Assembly (NCBI GenBank): GCA_018985225.1
Contig: JADGIF010000007.1
Span: 15,771-47,770, forward strand
Length of the DNA stretch: 32,000 bases
Reading direction: 5' to 3'
Origin: Amoeboradix gromovi X-113
Lineage: Eukaryota > Fungi > Sanchytriomycota
The notes under the pieces were generated by a model. It saw only the letters and a list, made by a program, of their open reading frames with translations. It did no database searches and had not been told where the DNA came from. Positions 21,979 to 31,742 of this stretch are shown piece after piece. Made by a program: the position numbers and the translations under genes. Numbering within the stretch: position 1 is the stretch's first letter; each line of letters opens with the position of its first letter.

Positions 21979-24900
21979 ATGAATCGTCAGTCGCTTCAAG
22001 AACAAGTATGGATTACTAATAAAGATGAAGGTTATTTACTAGTAGTTATTGATAAGAAATCTGATGAAGGTGTTCACTATACTCTTCATAATAAGCAGCA
22101 TTCAACAAAGGTATTTTATCCTTATAATCCCAGTTTGCTTCACACTATTAGTGACTTGTGCATGCTTTCTTACCTTCATGAACCCGCTATCTTAAATACC
22201 CTGAAGCAGCGTTATCTCCAACAGAATATTTATACTTGGTCTGGTCTTGTTTTAATCGCGATTAATCCATTTAAGCATCTTCCTATCTATGATAATAACA
22301 TGATTGCGCAGTATCAGAACAGCGCTGATAATCTGGATCCACACATATTCATGATTGCTAAAACTAGTTATACTGGTCTTAGTTTAAGCAACCAGTCAAT
22401 TATCGTTAGTGGGGAGTCTGGTGCGGGGAAAACTCAGTCTGCAAAGTATCTAATGAAGTATATTACTGGCCAGAATACTTTAGAATTAAGTGATATAGAA
22501 TCTGCTGTTTTAGCTACAAACCCTCTGACCGAAGCGTTTGGAAATGCTAAAACAGTTCGCAACGATAATTCTAGCAGATTCGGAAAGTATTTGGAAATGC
22601 TATTTATTCGACAAAATGATCAATACAAGATTGTCGGAGCTAAAATGTCTACTTTTCTCTTGGAGCGTAGTAGAATCGTATACCAACCTGCTAATGAGCG
22701 TAACTATCACATCTTTTATCAATTAGTCAAAGGCTGTGCTCTTGCTGAACGTAAATCTCTTTACCTGAACAATGTTTCAGACTTGAACTACATAAAAACT
22801 TGTCCTACGATCGACAATGTTAATGACCAACAAGAGTTCACATTGACACAGCAAGCGTTCAGTCAGATTGGGATATCAGTAGCTATGCAATGGAAGGTAT
22901 TTCAAGTACTTGCAGGTATTTTGCATTTGGGAAACATAAAATTTGGCCATGTGATGAACAAGGATATTGAACTTGACGACTCTGTAGTGCTAGACGATGA
23001 AGTCAACAATAGCTGCCACTACGCATGTGAGCTATTAGGACTGGATAAAGACTTGTTTAAGCAGCACCTGACTGAGAAAACGATCCATATGAGGAGCGAA
23101 GTAATTGTGAAACCACTTTTAATACAAGATGCAATAGTTAACAGAGACGCGGTTGCTAAATATATGTATACATACCTATTTGATTGGCTCATACTACAAA
23201 TAAATCATGCTTTGATGCCAAATAAAACAGATTCCTCATGTTTCATTGGAATTTTAGATATTTTTGGATTTGAGCATTTTAAAGTAAATTCCTTTGAGCA
23301 GTTTTGTATAAACTATGCTAATGAGAAGCTTCAGCAAGAGTTTACACAGCACGTTTTCAAGGTGGAACAGCAAAGGTATGTAGATGAAGGCATAGAATGG
23401 CAGTTTATAGATTTCCAGGATAATCAGCCATGTATAGCACTAATAGAAGATAAATTAGGAATCTTATCAATACTGGATGAGGAGGTATTGCTGCCAGGTG
23501 GGAATGACAAAAGTTTTATTAATAAATTGTATTCACAGTTTGCGCAAACAAGTAGATGCTTCAGTAAAGCAAAGTTTGGACAAGAATCTTTTATAATCAA
23601 GCATTATGCATATGATGTGGAATATCAAATGGATGGATTCATAGACAAGAATAAAGATTCAATACCCGAAGAGATTAGCAATCTGTTACTTGGAAGTAAA
23701 AATGAATTGTTGATAGAAATGCTACCTACACAGCAGAAAAAGCGATCAACACTGGGCAATACATTTAAAATGTCGTTAATTGAGTTGATGAAGACTATAA
23801 GTAGCACAGAAGTCAGCTATATTAGGTGTATAAAACCAAACACAACCAAATCTGCATTTCATTTTGACCCACTGCTAGTTTTGAGCCAATTGAGGGCTTG
23901 TGGTGTGCTAGAAACTATAAGAATTAGCAGCGCTGGTTATCCAGGAAGAATGGCATATGACGAGTTTATAAACCGATATTATCTGTTAACCAGTTTTAAA
24001 CACCGACAATTGAAGAAAAGAGAGTTGGTCTTGTTGGTATTGAAAAGTGTTTTGGATGATCCATTGAGAAGCGACAAACTGAAGGTGGACCTGTATCAAT
24101 TAGGGCAAACTAAGATTTTCTTCAGAGCAGGGGAATTGGCATATTTGGAAAAATGTAGAGATAAAAGGTTAAGACAGAGTGCTATCATGATACAAAAGAA
24201 TATCAGAAAGATGATTTATAGAAATAGATATACGAAGTTGCGATCCTGTACCATCAAATGTCAATCTTACATTCGCACTTGGCTTGCTCTGCGAAGTGTT
24301 GCTGAAATAAGAAAATCGCAAGCTGCTCTAACGATTCAAAAATATTGCAGAATGTACATTGTTCGTCATTCTTTTTTGTTAGTCAAGCAGTCTGCACTCT
24401 CTTTACAGACTCAATTTCGTGGATTCAGAGTAAGGGGTAAATTTGCAAATAAAAGAAAGGAAGCAGCAAGTATTAAAATACAGCGTGTTTATAGGGGATA
24501 TCTGTCTCGCAAATCCACAAAAAGGCAGTTGAAATTAATAGTGTTCCTTCAAAGCTGCATACGACGCAAGAAGGCTTTGAAAGTTCTCAAGTCTCTTAAA
24601 ATTGAAGCCAAGTCCGTTCATCATCTTCAAACTGTGTCCTATAAACTGGAAAATAAGGTAGTGCAATTGACACTTCAAAACCAGTCCAAGGATGCTCTCA
24701 TTAAGGAACTTGAAGGTAAATTACAAATTTGCGAACAAAATATGCTGCAATGGAAAGAAAAATGTATGAAACTAGAGACCAGCACTAAGACTACATCTAA
24801 CAGCAAAGTCAAAATTAACAACACTCGTCTAATTGAAGTAGAACAAAAATGTAAGACTTTGACCACAAGTGCTGCGGAATATTTGAGCAAACTGAGTCTA

Positions 24901-26410
24901 GTTGAGAATGAGTACAAAGCCATGAAAGATATAAATGAAAAGCTGAACAAAGACAAAAATCATTTGGAGCAACAGTTGCAAATTCAAATTGACAAGTTGA
25001 CTAACATTAACGTATTAGAGCAGCAAGTTAAGAAATTAAAAATCGAAATCAGCAAGATGAATGAGGACGAATACATCAGTGACAACATATCTCCAGCATC
25101 GCCTCAAGACAAGGGCAACGTACTAACTGCATTGTTGTTTAATCAATCTGACCGTATCGGAGAAGATGAAGATGAAACAATGTTGGAGACACGACAATTA
25201 AAAGATCTGCTGGACAATACGGCACTGCAGGATGAGTTGCTGAAGTACTTTATACACAGGTTACCAGAAATACCACTCTTTGTCATCCAATTAGCCAACA
25301 TTTGGGATATTACTAATAATGAGCTCCAAATGCTTCGTAAAGAGATATTATACCCATCTCATATATTAGCAATGTATGTTATCAAGAAATGGCAGATGGG
25401 TATACCTCTGAAATCATTTTTAATTATATTGAAGGCAATTGATGAAAAAATCGACACTGATGGGTATAAATTGATTACTTATTGGACTTCTAATCTTCAC
25501 GAGTTACAGTCTATAATAAAGAGTGTCAAAGCACAAAAGAGCAAGGCTTTGGGTCTTAGGGAATCAACTGATTTAAGTGAACATGGCAAGGAGATGCTAA
25601 AGATACAGAACGAGATTGACAGAATGTTTAACAAGGGATTTCAGCGGCTGTATGCACAGTTGAGATTAAAGTTTCAAAAGTACGCAATTCCCTCAATATT
25701 AGAGAATCAGTCATTGCCAGGATTTGTCACAAAGGAGGATGGAGGGTTCTTCCAACGACTTGGATATGCCAGTGAGAAACACTCAATAGAAGATCTTGTG
25801 GATCAACTAACTGACCATATTAAGATATTAAAGGGATATGCCCTAGACGATTTAATAATTGCTCAGTTGTTTGGGGAGCTGATTAGGCTGCTAAGCATTG
25901 ACGCATTTAATCATCTGCTAATGAGAAGGAGTTTCAGTACATGGAAACGAGGTATTTATTGCTAATGTAGGAATGCAGATACAGTACAATGTAAGTAGGC
26001 TTACGGAATGGGCTAGGAAGAACCACATTAGTCAAGCCAGTGATCATTTTGAGAAATTGATGGAATGCGCTAAGCTGATGCAACTTAGCAAAGCGATACC
26101 AAGTAATCATGAGATATTTGTAGAAGATTTGATGGAAGTCTGTCATTCTCTAAGCGGATCGCAAGTGCAAAAACTACTAACAATTTATATGGCGAGTGAT
26201 TTTGATGCACCAATACCAAACAAGCTAATACAGCTAGTGGGACATTTGATAAAAGATACAGACACGCTGCTGATAGAGGTTCCATTGGAAATGGATTATA
26301 CTTGGTTTGAAAAGCCAGATTATAGGAAGATTAAATGTATATATAAGTACTTGCCAAGTGAAATAGAGGACCATGTGCCACTGACATTGATGATGTTTAA
26401 GTACTCTTGA
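21979..26410 (+). CDS. MYO2: Class V myosin (1470 aa; exons 21979..25951, 25971..26410)
   Basis: P-loop GESGAGKT, NDNSSRFGKY, DIFGFE, LRACGVLE, about six IQ motifs, coiled coil, and a DIL domain FNHLLMRRSFSTWKRG-MQIQYNVSRLTEW restored by splicing. Confidence 0.95.
25952..25970 (+). other. 19-nt spliceosomal intron GTATTTATTGCTAATGTAG
   Basis: Removal restores the conserved DIL motif WKRG-MQIQYN in frame. Confidence 0.95.
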
Positions 26411-26799
26411 GAATAAGTAAATTTAATATAAGATGTAAAGAAATGTTTGAACTATTTGGAAACTTTGTTAAAGTTCTAGTCTCTACAGTGGTGTCCAAAT
26501 ATATAGTGCTGCTATGACTGCAGCTCTACCAAGCGGTATTCACGGTTTCTAAATAGTCTTTCAACGGCTTGAAGAGTTGATTCATTTCCTTATGACCGTT
26601 TTGGAATTGCTGGAATTAGAGGATGCTTAAGAATCATAGAATAATTCTGATGCGATCTCTTATGGTTGTATTGCTTTCTTTTTTTCATACTAACCAATCA
26701 GAAGACAATCAGTTATTAGTTGCATTTCTTGAATATATCATTTATCGCGAATATGTGTGCATTTTTGTATAATTTCAAGACTTTTCCTGATTTTTCAAA

Positions 26800-27258
26800 T
26801 ACATGAAGTATTCGATATTCTTCCTTTCACAAGTGGTAAATCAATTCTAAAGAAATAATAACAGTTGTAGTATACATTCATCAACACTGAGGAACTGGTC
26901 CAAACATGGAAATTCGATGCCATGTACAATATGTGACACTCTAAAGAAAACCAATTTGGAGAGCTATTCATGTACAAAGTGTCATTTGGAGATAGATAGA
27001 GATCATATGGCAGTAAGGAACATATACATCAAGTATATGCATCCTTATTCAATCCCGCCTCAGGATAGTGAAAGCGTGAACGATCACTGTAACGGAGAAA
27101 CTAGCATTAGTTTCTCTGTGGAAATTCTCGATTTTCTCGGAAATCAGGTCTTTTAGGGAGGAGCTGCTAAGTCTTTAGCGATAACAATTATTTTTGCTAT
27201 CTTAAGCAATGACGAATCGACCATATAGCTCAGTAGCGCCCTATTTAAAATAGGTCGA
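26800..27258 (+). mobile_element. Fanzor2/TnpB-like RNA-guided nuclease relic, copy 1 (3' fragment plus putative right end)
   Basis: EVFDILPFTSGKSILKK (26805-26855), a frameshift, then STLRNWS..SMPCTICDTLKKTNLESYSCTKCHLEIDRDHMAVRNIYIKY. This is a CxxC..CxxC zinc ribbon plus the RuvC-III DRDxxAxRNI motif diagnostic of TnpB/Fanzor. Confidence 0.8.
27031..27258 (+). ncRNA. Candidate omegaRNA scaffold of the Fanzor/TnpB element
   Basis: Directly follows RuvC-III and overlaps the ORF 3' end. The 5' part is conserved in copy 2. Serial hairpins at 27052-66, 27067-88, 27092-119, 27130-45, 27166-79, 27180-201 and 27217-58. Boundaries are inferred. Confidence 0.55.
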
Positions 27259-27273
27259 AATAAATGAAACTGT

Positions 27274-27675
27274 TTATTTAAGATCAGTCTTTTGTTTCTT
27301 TTGGTTGTCTTCGTCTTTTGATAAAGCGCGCTTTTTAGGCAAAGTAGAACTATCTATAGCGACTTCATCAGACTCGTCGGACTTATCAGTCTTTTCCATT
27401 ACGTTAACAGGTTCCTTTTCATCTTTTAGAGTTTCTTCGTTTTTTTCATTTGCTTCAATAGGCTCCTTATCCTTATTCTTTACTTCTAAGAGATCTTGTT
27501 CTGCTTCTGCTTCTACTTCTGCTTCTACTTCTGCTTCTGCTAATTTTGACTGCTTATTTGTAATATGCAGTTCCTTTTTTGAGTCAACCTCATGATCACA
27601 TTTTTCTGTCTTGTCATTTTTAGGTTTGGATTTGACCTCAGATAAAGGTGCTTTGGAAACTTGTTCGACAGTCAT
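27274..27675 (-). CDS. Small acidic, Lys/Glu-rich disordered protein with a C-terminal bipartite NLS-like motif (prothymosin-like composition)
   Basis: 133-aa ATG ORF ending KKRALSKDEDNQKKQKTDLK. The stop overlaps AATAAA. Confidence 0.7.
   Translation of the reverse strand: MTVEQVSKAPLSEVKSKPKNDKTEKCDHEVDSKKELHITNKQSKLAEAEVEAEVEAEAEQDLLEVKNKDKEPIEANEKNEETLKDEKEPVNVMEKTDKSDESDEVAIDSSTLPKKRALSKDEDNQKKQKTDLK
27499..27540. repeat. Coding hexamer microsatellite (TTCTRC)x7 encoding AEAEVEAEVEAEAE
   Basis: Read directly. Confidence 0.9.
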
Positions 27676-27874
27676 AGTAAGATGTTGGAAAGACCTCTAT
27701 TTAAACTCGCGAAATGTCTGGTACTAGATTTTTAAGTGTTAATGATTGGCAGTAGTAATTAGGAAACACTGAGAGTTGCAAAGTCATAACTACAACTTAG
27801 GAACAGAAAAGCGCCCATATATTGCGTTGCATACTAAATGGTTTCAACCTCAAATTATTTCATACTTCGGAGAG

Positions 27875-29449
27875 ATGACATCTGATTCAAGCACATCCTC
27901 GGACTCGGATTCAAGTTCTGTTAGCATTCTCTCATTTGAAAAGCATACTCTAGGAATCGGGAGTAGGCTTCTATCGAAAATGGGATACACCAGAGGTGCT
28001 TTGAGGCCTGGTGGGATTTCTGAGCCGATTGAATTAAAACAACGTCCAAAACAAATGGGAATGCAGTATAATCGGTTTGAGGAAAAAACTTTAGCCGAAC
28101 TACAGCAATTGCCTAGTATCGAAGTTCTGCACATTCATGAGAGTAACGAGGACAACTTAATAAAAGCACAAGGCCATGAATTCAGTTCAGCTGTGAGGTT
28201 TGTTAACAAAGAACTTCGTAGAATGCTAACTGATTACACAAATTTAATGTCTAAAAATCAGAAGAGACGGGATGGGCAGGATTATTTGAAAGCCAAGCAT
28301 TCGAATGCTTGTTTTAAATTAAAGTCTAGAAAACAACAGGCTAAGCAGGTAGATATTCTGTTGCAGTCATTAGCAAAACTCAAGAAAATGAATCGATTTG
28401 ACCCCGATTTACTAGAAATAGTTTTTAAATCTCTATTGCTCCCAATAAATATTAACAGGCAAGAATTGATGGAAAGTGTATTAAATTTCATTCGCATTGA
28501 AAATTTAAACGATTTAGCAGCGTTAATCCATATAATGCCCAATGAGCCTGATTTTAATAAACCTTTTCATCAATTCCTGTCTGCTTTTCCTCTCGATTTT
28601 GATCCAAATCAGCTTTTGTCGTTCTTTGAACGAATTCACAAAACTCTCCCAAGTAGTGTTTATACTACAATGCTGGATAAAATATTAAGTAACTTGAATG
28701 GTGTAGAGTGGAATGTGCACCTAGTAAATACGTGGTGTCGCTTATGCCCTATGAAATCGTTCCGTCAATATCTGTTGAAAATACTGATAAAACCCTTCCC
28801 AAATTGCGATATGGCGTTGTTGGAGTCACTGGTTATTCCAAACGACTTTGACACCTCTCAGATTCAATCCGTGTTCATAAATTACCTATTGCAGTATGAA
28901 GTCAATTTAGAGCATCAAGATAACTCAAAATTAACTAAGATCTTGCAATACTCGGAAATTTTTCCCAATGATATAGCAATTGTGCTTGAGCGCATATGGT
29001 GGAACAAAGTTTATACTGTACTACGACAGTGGCTAATACACGGTATTCCCAACGAATTGGGCAATATTAAACAATACTACTACGCGTGGAAATCCTACTT
29101 CTGGCCTTACCGATTGCCGTTAGAGAAATTGTTTTATACATTCTTAAACTGCATCTCCCTTAGCATTAAGCTGCATAAAACTAACAAACTGATGCTGCCT
29201 CAGCATTTCCCAATTATGGATCTACCAGTTCAGCCAGATTTGAACTTGAAACAAGGATTTGAATTTCTTGTTAATGAAAACGGATTGGTGTTGGACTACA
29301 CAGATCCAATAGAAATGCAAACTGCCTACTTGTTGAACAAGACTATTATTAAGATTGAAAACTGTATCCTAGTAAGGATAGGATTAGAGTGGGTGCCTAT
29401 GACAATGAAGGATGCTATAGAATATGCAGTAAACAATAAATCAACCTAA
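27875..29449 (+). CDS. TFIP11: TFIP11/Ntr1 (Spp382) G-patch spliceosome-disassembly factor, divergent
   Basis: G-patch FEKHTLGIGSRLLSKMGY...GISEPIELKQRPKQMGM and a GCFC-like C-terminus (EVNLEHQD...VLRQWL...QYYYAWK). First in-frame ATG at 27875. Confidence 0.8.
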   Translation: MTSDSSTSSDSDSSSVSILSFEKHTLGIGSRLLSKMGYTRGALRPGGISEPIELKQRPKQMGMQYNRFEEKTLAELQQLPSIEVLHIHESNEDNLIKAQGHEFSSAVRFVNKELRRMLTDYTNLMSKNQKRRDGQDYLKAKHSNACFKLKSRKQQAKQVDILLQSLAKLKKMNRFDPDLLEIVFKSLLLPININRQELMESVLNFIRIENLNDLAALIHIMPNEPDFNKPFHQFLSAFPLDFDPNQLLSFFERIHKTLPSSVYTTMLDKILSNLNGVEWNVHLVNTWCRLCPMKSFRQYLLKILIKPFPNCDMALLESLVIPNDFDTSQIQSVFINYLLQYEVNLEHQDNSKLTKILQYSEIFPNDIAIVLERIWWNKVYTVLRQWLIHGIPNELGNIKQYYYAWKSYFWPYRLPLEKLFYTFLNCISLSIKLHKTNKLMLPQHFPIMDLPVQPDLNLKQGFEFLVNENGLVLDYTDPIEMQTAYLLNKTIIKIENCILVRIGLEWVPMTMKDAIEYAVNNKST

Positions 29450-29992
29450 AACTTACAGACCAAAGCCAATTCTACTACTTCCGTGTAAGCATTCAATTTT
29501 CAAGGTCCATCTATTACAGAATTCCCGTACTCATTGAAAGTCCTGATTTCTGAGAAAATTCAGAATTTCCATAGAAAGACTAGAATGTCATTCGATTCGT
29601 TAAACTGGTTACTCAAGCCTCCGTTGCCCTGAGATGAAATCTAATAGGGAGCTATTTATTTAAGTGACTACAAGTTTTTTTCTTCTGAGCTTTACATCTC
29701 CGTTGATTCAACCATGGCCTTTACAAACCTTCTCAGATGAGAAATGGCAGTTAAAGGTTTTAAAGAGCTATTGTAGTACATAAGAAACTCTGGAATGCAA
29801 GAGATTGACTCTATAGCAAAAACTACTTAAGGAATCGAAGATGTGCACCAACGCGGACTGCTTTCAGATGCGATGTCAATCTCCGCTTAAAATTCTCACT
29901 GGAGATGTTTCTGTGTAATCCTAATAATAGTATTTGGTGCACATTGTGTACCTAGCATCCAATCAAGTTTATAATCCAATCATTTAAATTTA

Positions 29993-31114
29993 ATGAATAG
30001 TCTTTATTGTATGAGCAAATCAAAAGATGGTTTCTACAACTTTATTAATAGAGCGAGTATCTTTTTACTTTTCTCTTTGCTATTTCTAGTTGCAATGGTG
30101 CGCTTATCGCATCCATCCTATATGATAAAAAAGGAGAGCGGAAGTAAAAATAGAATAGCAATGGTGCTCCCATACATCGGTGAATTACCAGTCTACTCTA
30201 GATTCTTTTTAGATACGATTAAAGACAAGTCAATTGACGTCTATTTTGTTTCCGTTGACAATTCTACTATTTCATCTAATTATTCCAACATTAATCAGAT
30301 CGAATTGCCTGTTGCTTTCCAAAGCTTTGTTGCTAGGCAATTGTGCATTGCTTATGAGTGCAACGAATCTGAACATATGGAGTTGGAGAAGCTAGCGGAT
30401 GATAAGTTACATAGAAAAAACACGATAGCCGGATTACGACCAATGCTTGCCTATATTTTTAGCGAGTATCTTAAGGATTATGAATATGTTGCTTGGGCGC
30501 AGTTGGAAACAGTTTGGGGAGATGTGGATGCTATTTTGCCATACTTGAACTACGACGTTGTAACTGTATCCACTACAGATCTAAAGTTACTATACTTAAG
30601 GGCACAGTTTACAGCTCTCAAAAACGAATTAAGAGTAACCAAATCTTTCACGGAAGCCATTCCAAAGGCTCTGTTTTTTAAGATGTTTAAGAATGATGAG
30701 TTGCTTCTCTCAGAGGAAGGAATATACTCCAAATACATGTTTGCTAGTGATTACAGTATTGCAGTGGTACCTTTCCAAGCTAACAGCTGGACATGTGGTG
30801 CACAAAAGATTATTTTTCACGAATCCAAGTTGATATGCAAACAATTCATATCAGAGACAACGTTGGAAAAAATAGAGTTGAACAATAAACCAAACCATAT
30901 TGCTCAAGTCTCAGAACATGATTGCAAATCTACCTGGTTGGCACCAGAACACAGAACGTGCTCCAATTCCCTAGAATATGGATTTTTAGTAGCCCGCAAC
31001 AAGCTCGTGAATTCCTACACCTTATCAGAGTCACAGAAGAATTCAAGCTTGAGATTTCCAGTTATTTACCACTTTCAAAAGGACACAGAATCATTTTCAA
31101 TGAACTTCGAATAA
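29993..31114 (+). CDS. DUF6625-like putative glycosyltransferase, type II membrane protein
   Basis: N-terminal TM, then IAMVLPYIGELPVYSRFFLDT...LRPMLAYIFSEYLKDYEYVAWAQLETVWGD. This follows the DUF6625 pattern as I recall it (IIPYFGKLP.YF..FL.S...KPAYG.IF.DYL..YDFWG..D.D..FG). Confidence 0.65.
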   Translation: MNSLYCMSKSKDGFYNFINRASIFLLFSLLFLVAMVRLSHPSYMIKKESGSKNRIAMVLPYIGELPVYSRFFLDTIKDKSIDVYFVSVDNSTISSNYSNINQIELPVAFQSFVARQLCIAYECNESEHMELEKLADDKLHRKNTIAGLRPMLAYIFSEYLKDYEYVAWAQLETVWGDVDAILPYLNYDVVTVSTTDLKLLYLRAQFTALKNELRVTKSFTEAIPKALFFKMFKNDELLLSEEGIYSKYMFASDYSIAVVPFQANSWTCGAQKIIFHESKLICKQFISETTLEKIELNNKPNHIAQVSEHDCKSTWLAPEHRTCSNSLEYGFLVARNKLVNSYTLSESQKNSSLRFPVIYHFQKDTESFSMNFE

Positions 31115-31449
31115 AGCAAAATAAATCGATTATTTAAGTTAAAAATGGTGAGACATTCAGACCTTGTGACACCAAGAGATAAATTTTCTATATAAGCTTC
31201 TAACGGCCTGTTAGTTCTCTATTTCTAGTTGATGTTTCAATTGGAACAAGGTTGCAAGACATGAGACTGCTCACCTGGTGTTGTTATTTTTAGCTACCTG
31301 CTCAATTATTACCTTTTTCTATGCTTACACAGCTGTCTACTTAGTTGATTAAAACATTTATCATGATTACGGGAGATACGGCGCTCTGGTATACTCTATT
31401 TCTAAACTTTTTTATTGAATAAAAATTTGACAGTCTTATCTTCAGGCCT

Positions 31450-31742
31450 CGGGATCCTGAACATGTTCATTTGAAGAAACCACTATGTTTAGAATATACT
31501 GCTTGTGGAAGAATGCAAAGAAAAGATGCTCAATGTCTGTTTTAGGTGCTTTATGAACAAATACGGCAAAGTAATTGTGTATCTAGAAAGTCCATTGAGG
31601 TGAGATTCAAGAGCAAGAGATGCTTATTGCACAAGGAACATTTACTTCTAACTTATGTGCATCTTTATCTGATCCAGCATTCGGGTAGTGTAAGCATGAG
31701 CAACCACTGTAACGGAGTTATCCACTTTACTATTTTTTCTGT
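31450..31742 (+). mobile_element. Fanzor2/TnpB-like relic, copy 2 (internally deleted, stop-interrupted)
   Basis: Frame 31538-31651 reads CFRCFMNKYGKVIVYLESPLR*DSRARDAYCTRNIYF* (RDxxxxRNIY = RuvC-III). 31651-31717 matches 27031-27097 at 50/67 nt ungapped, including an identical CACTGTAACGGAG. Confidence 0.7.

Noticed and set aside
27219-27258. tRNA-like TAGCTCAGT (D-arm/A-box) motif
   Set aside because: There is no anticodon arm, no GTTCRA T-loop and no full cloverleaf. It is better explained as part of the Fanzor right-end structure.
3045-31137. Many short ORFs in the track that overlap real genes (e.g. 3045..3314, 3831..4127, 5518..5790, 15265..15603, 20082..20447, 24675..24956, 27305..27595, 27850..28134, 30550..30738)
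   Set aside because: They are antisense or alternate-frame shadows of longer, better-supported CDSs and have no motifs of their own.
27031-31717. The two homologous blocks as LTRs or composite-transposon ends carrying TFIP11 and the glycosyltransferase
   Set aside because: Identity is only about 75% over a short block, each copy has its own nuclease remnant, there are no TG..CA ends, PBS or target-site duplication, and the enclosed genes include a core splicing factor.
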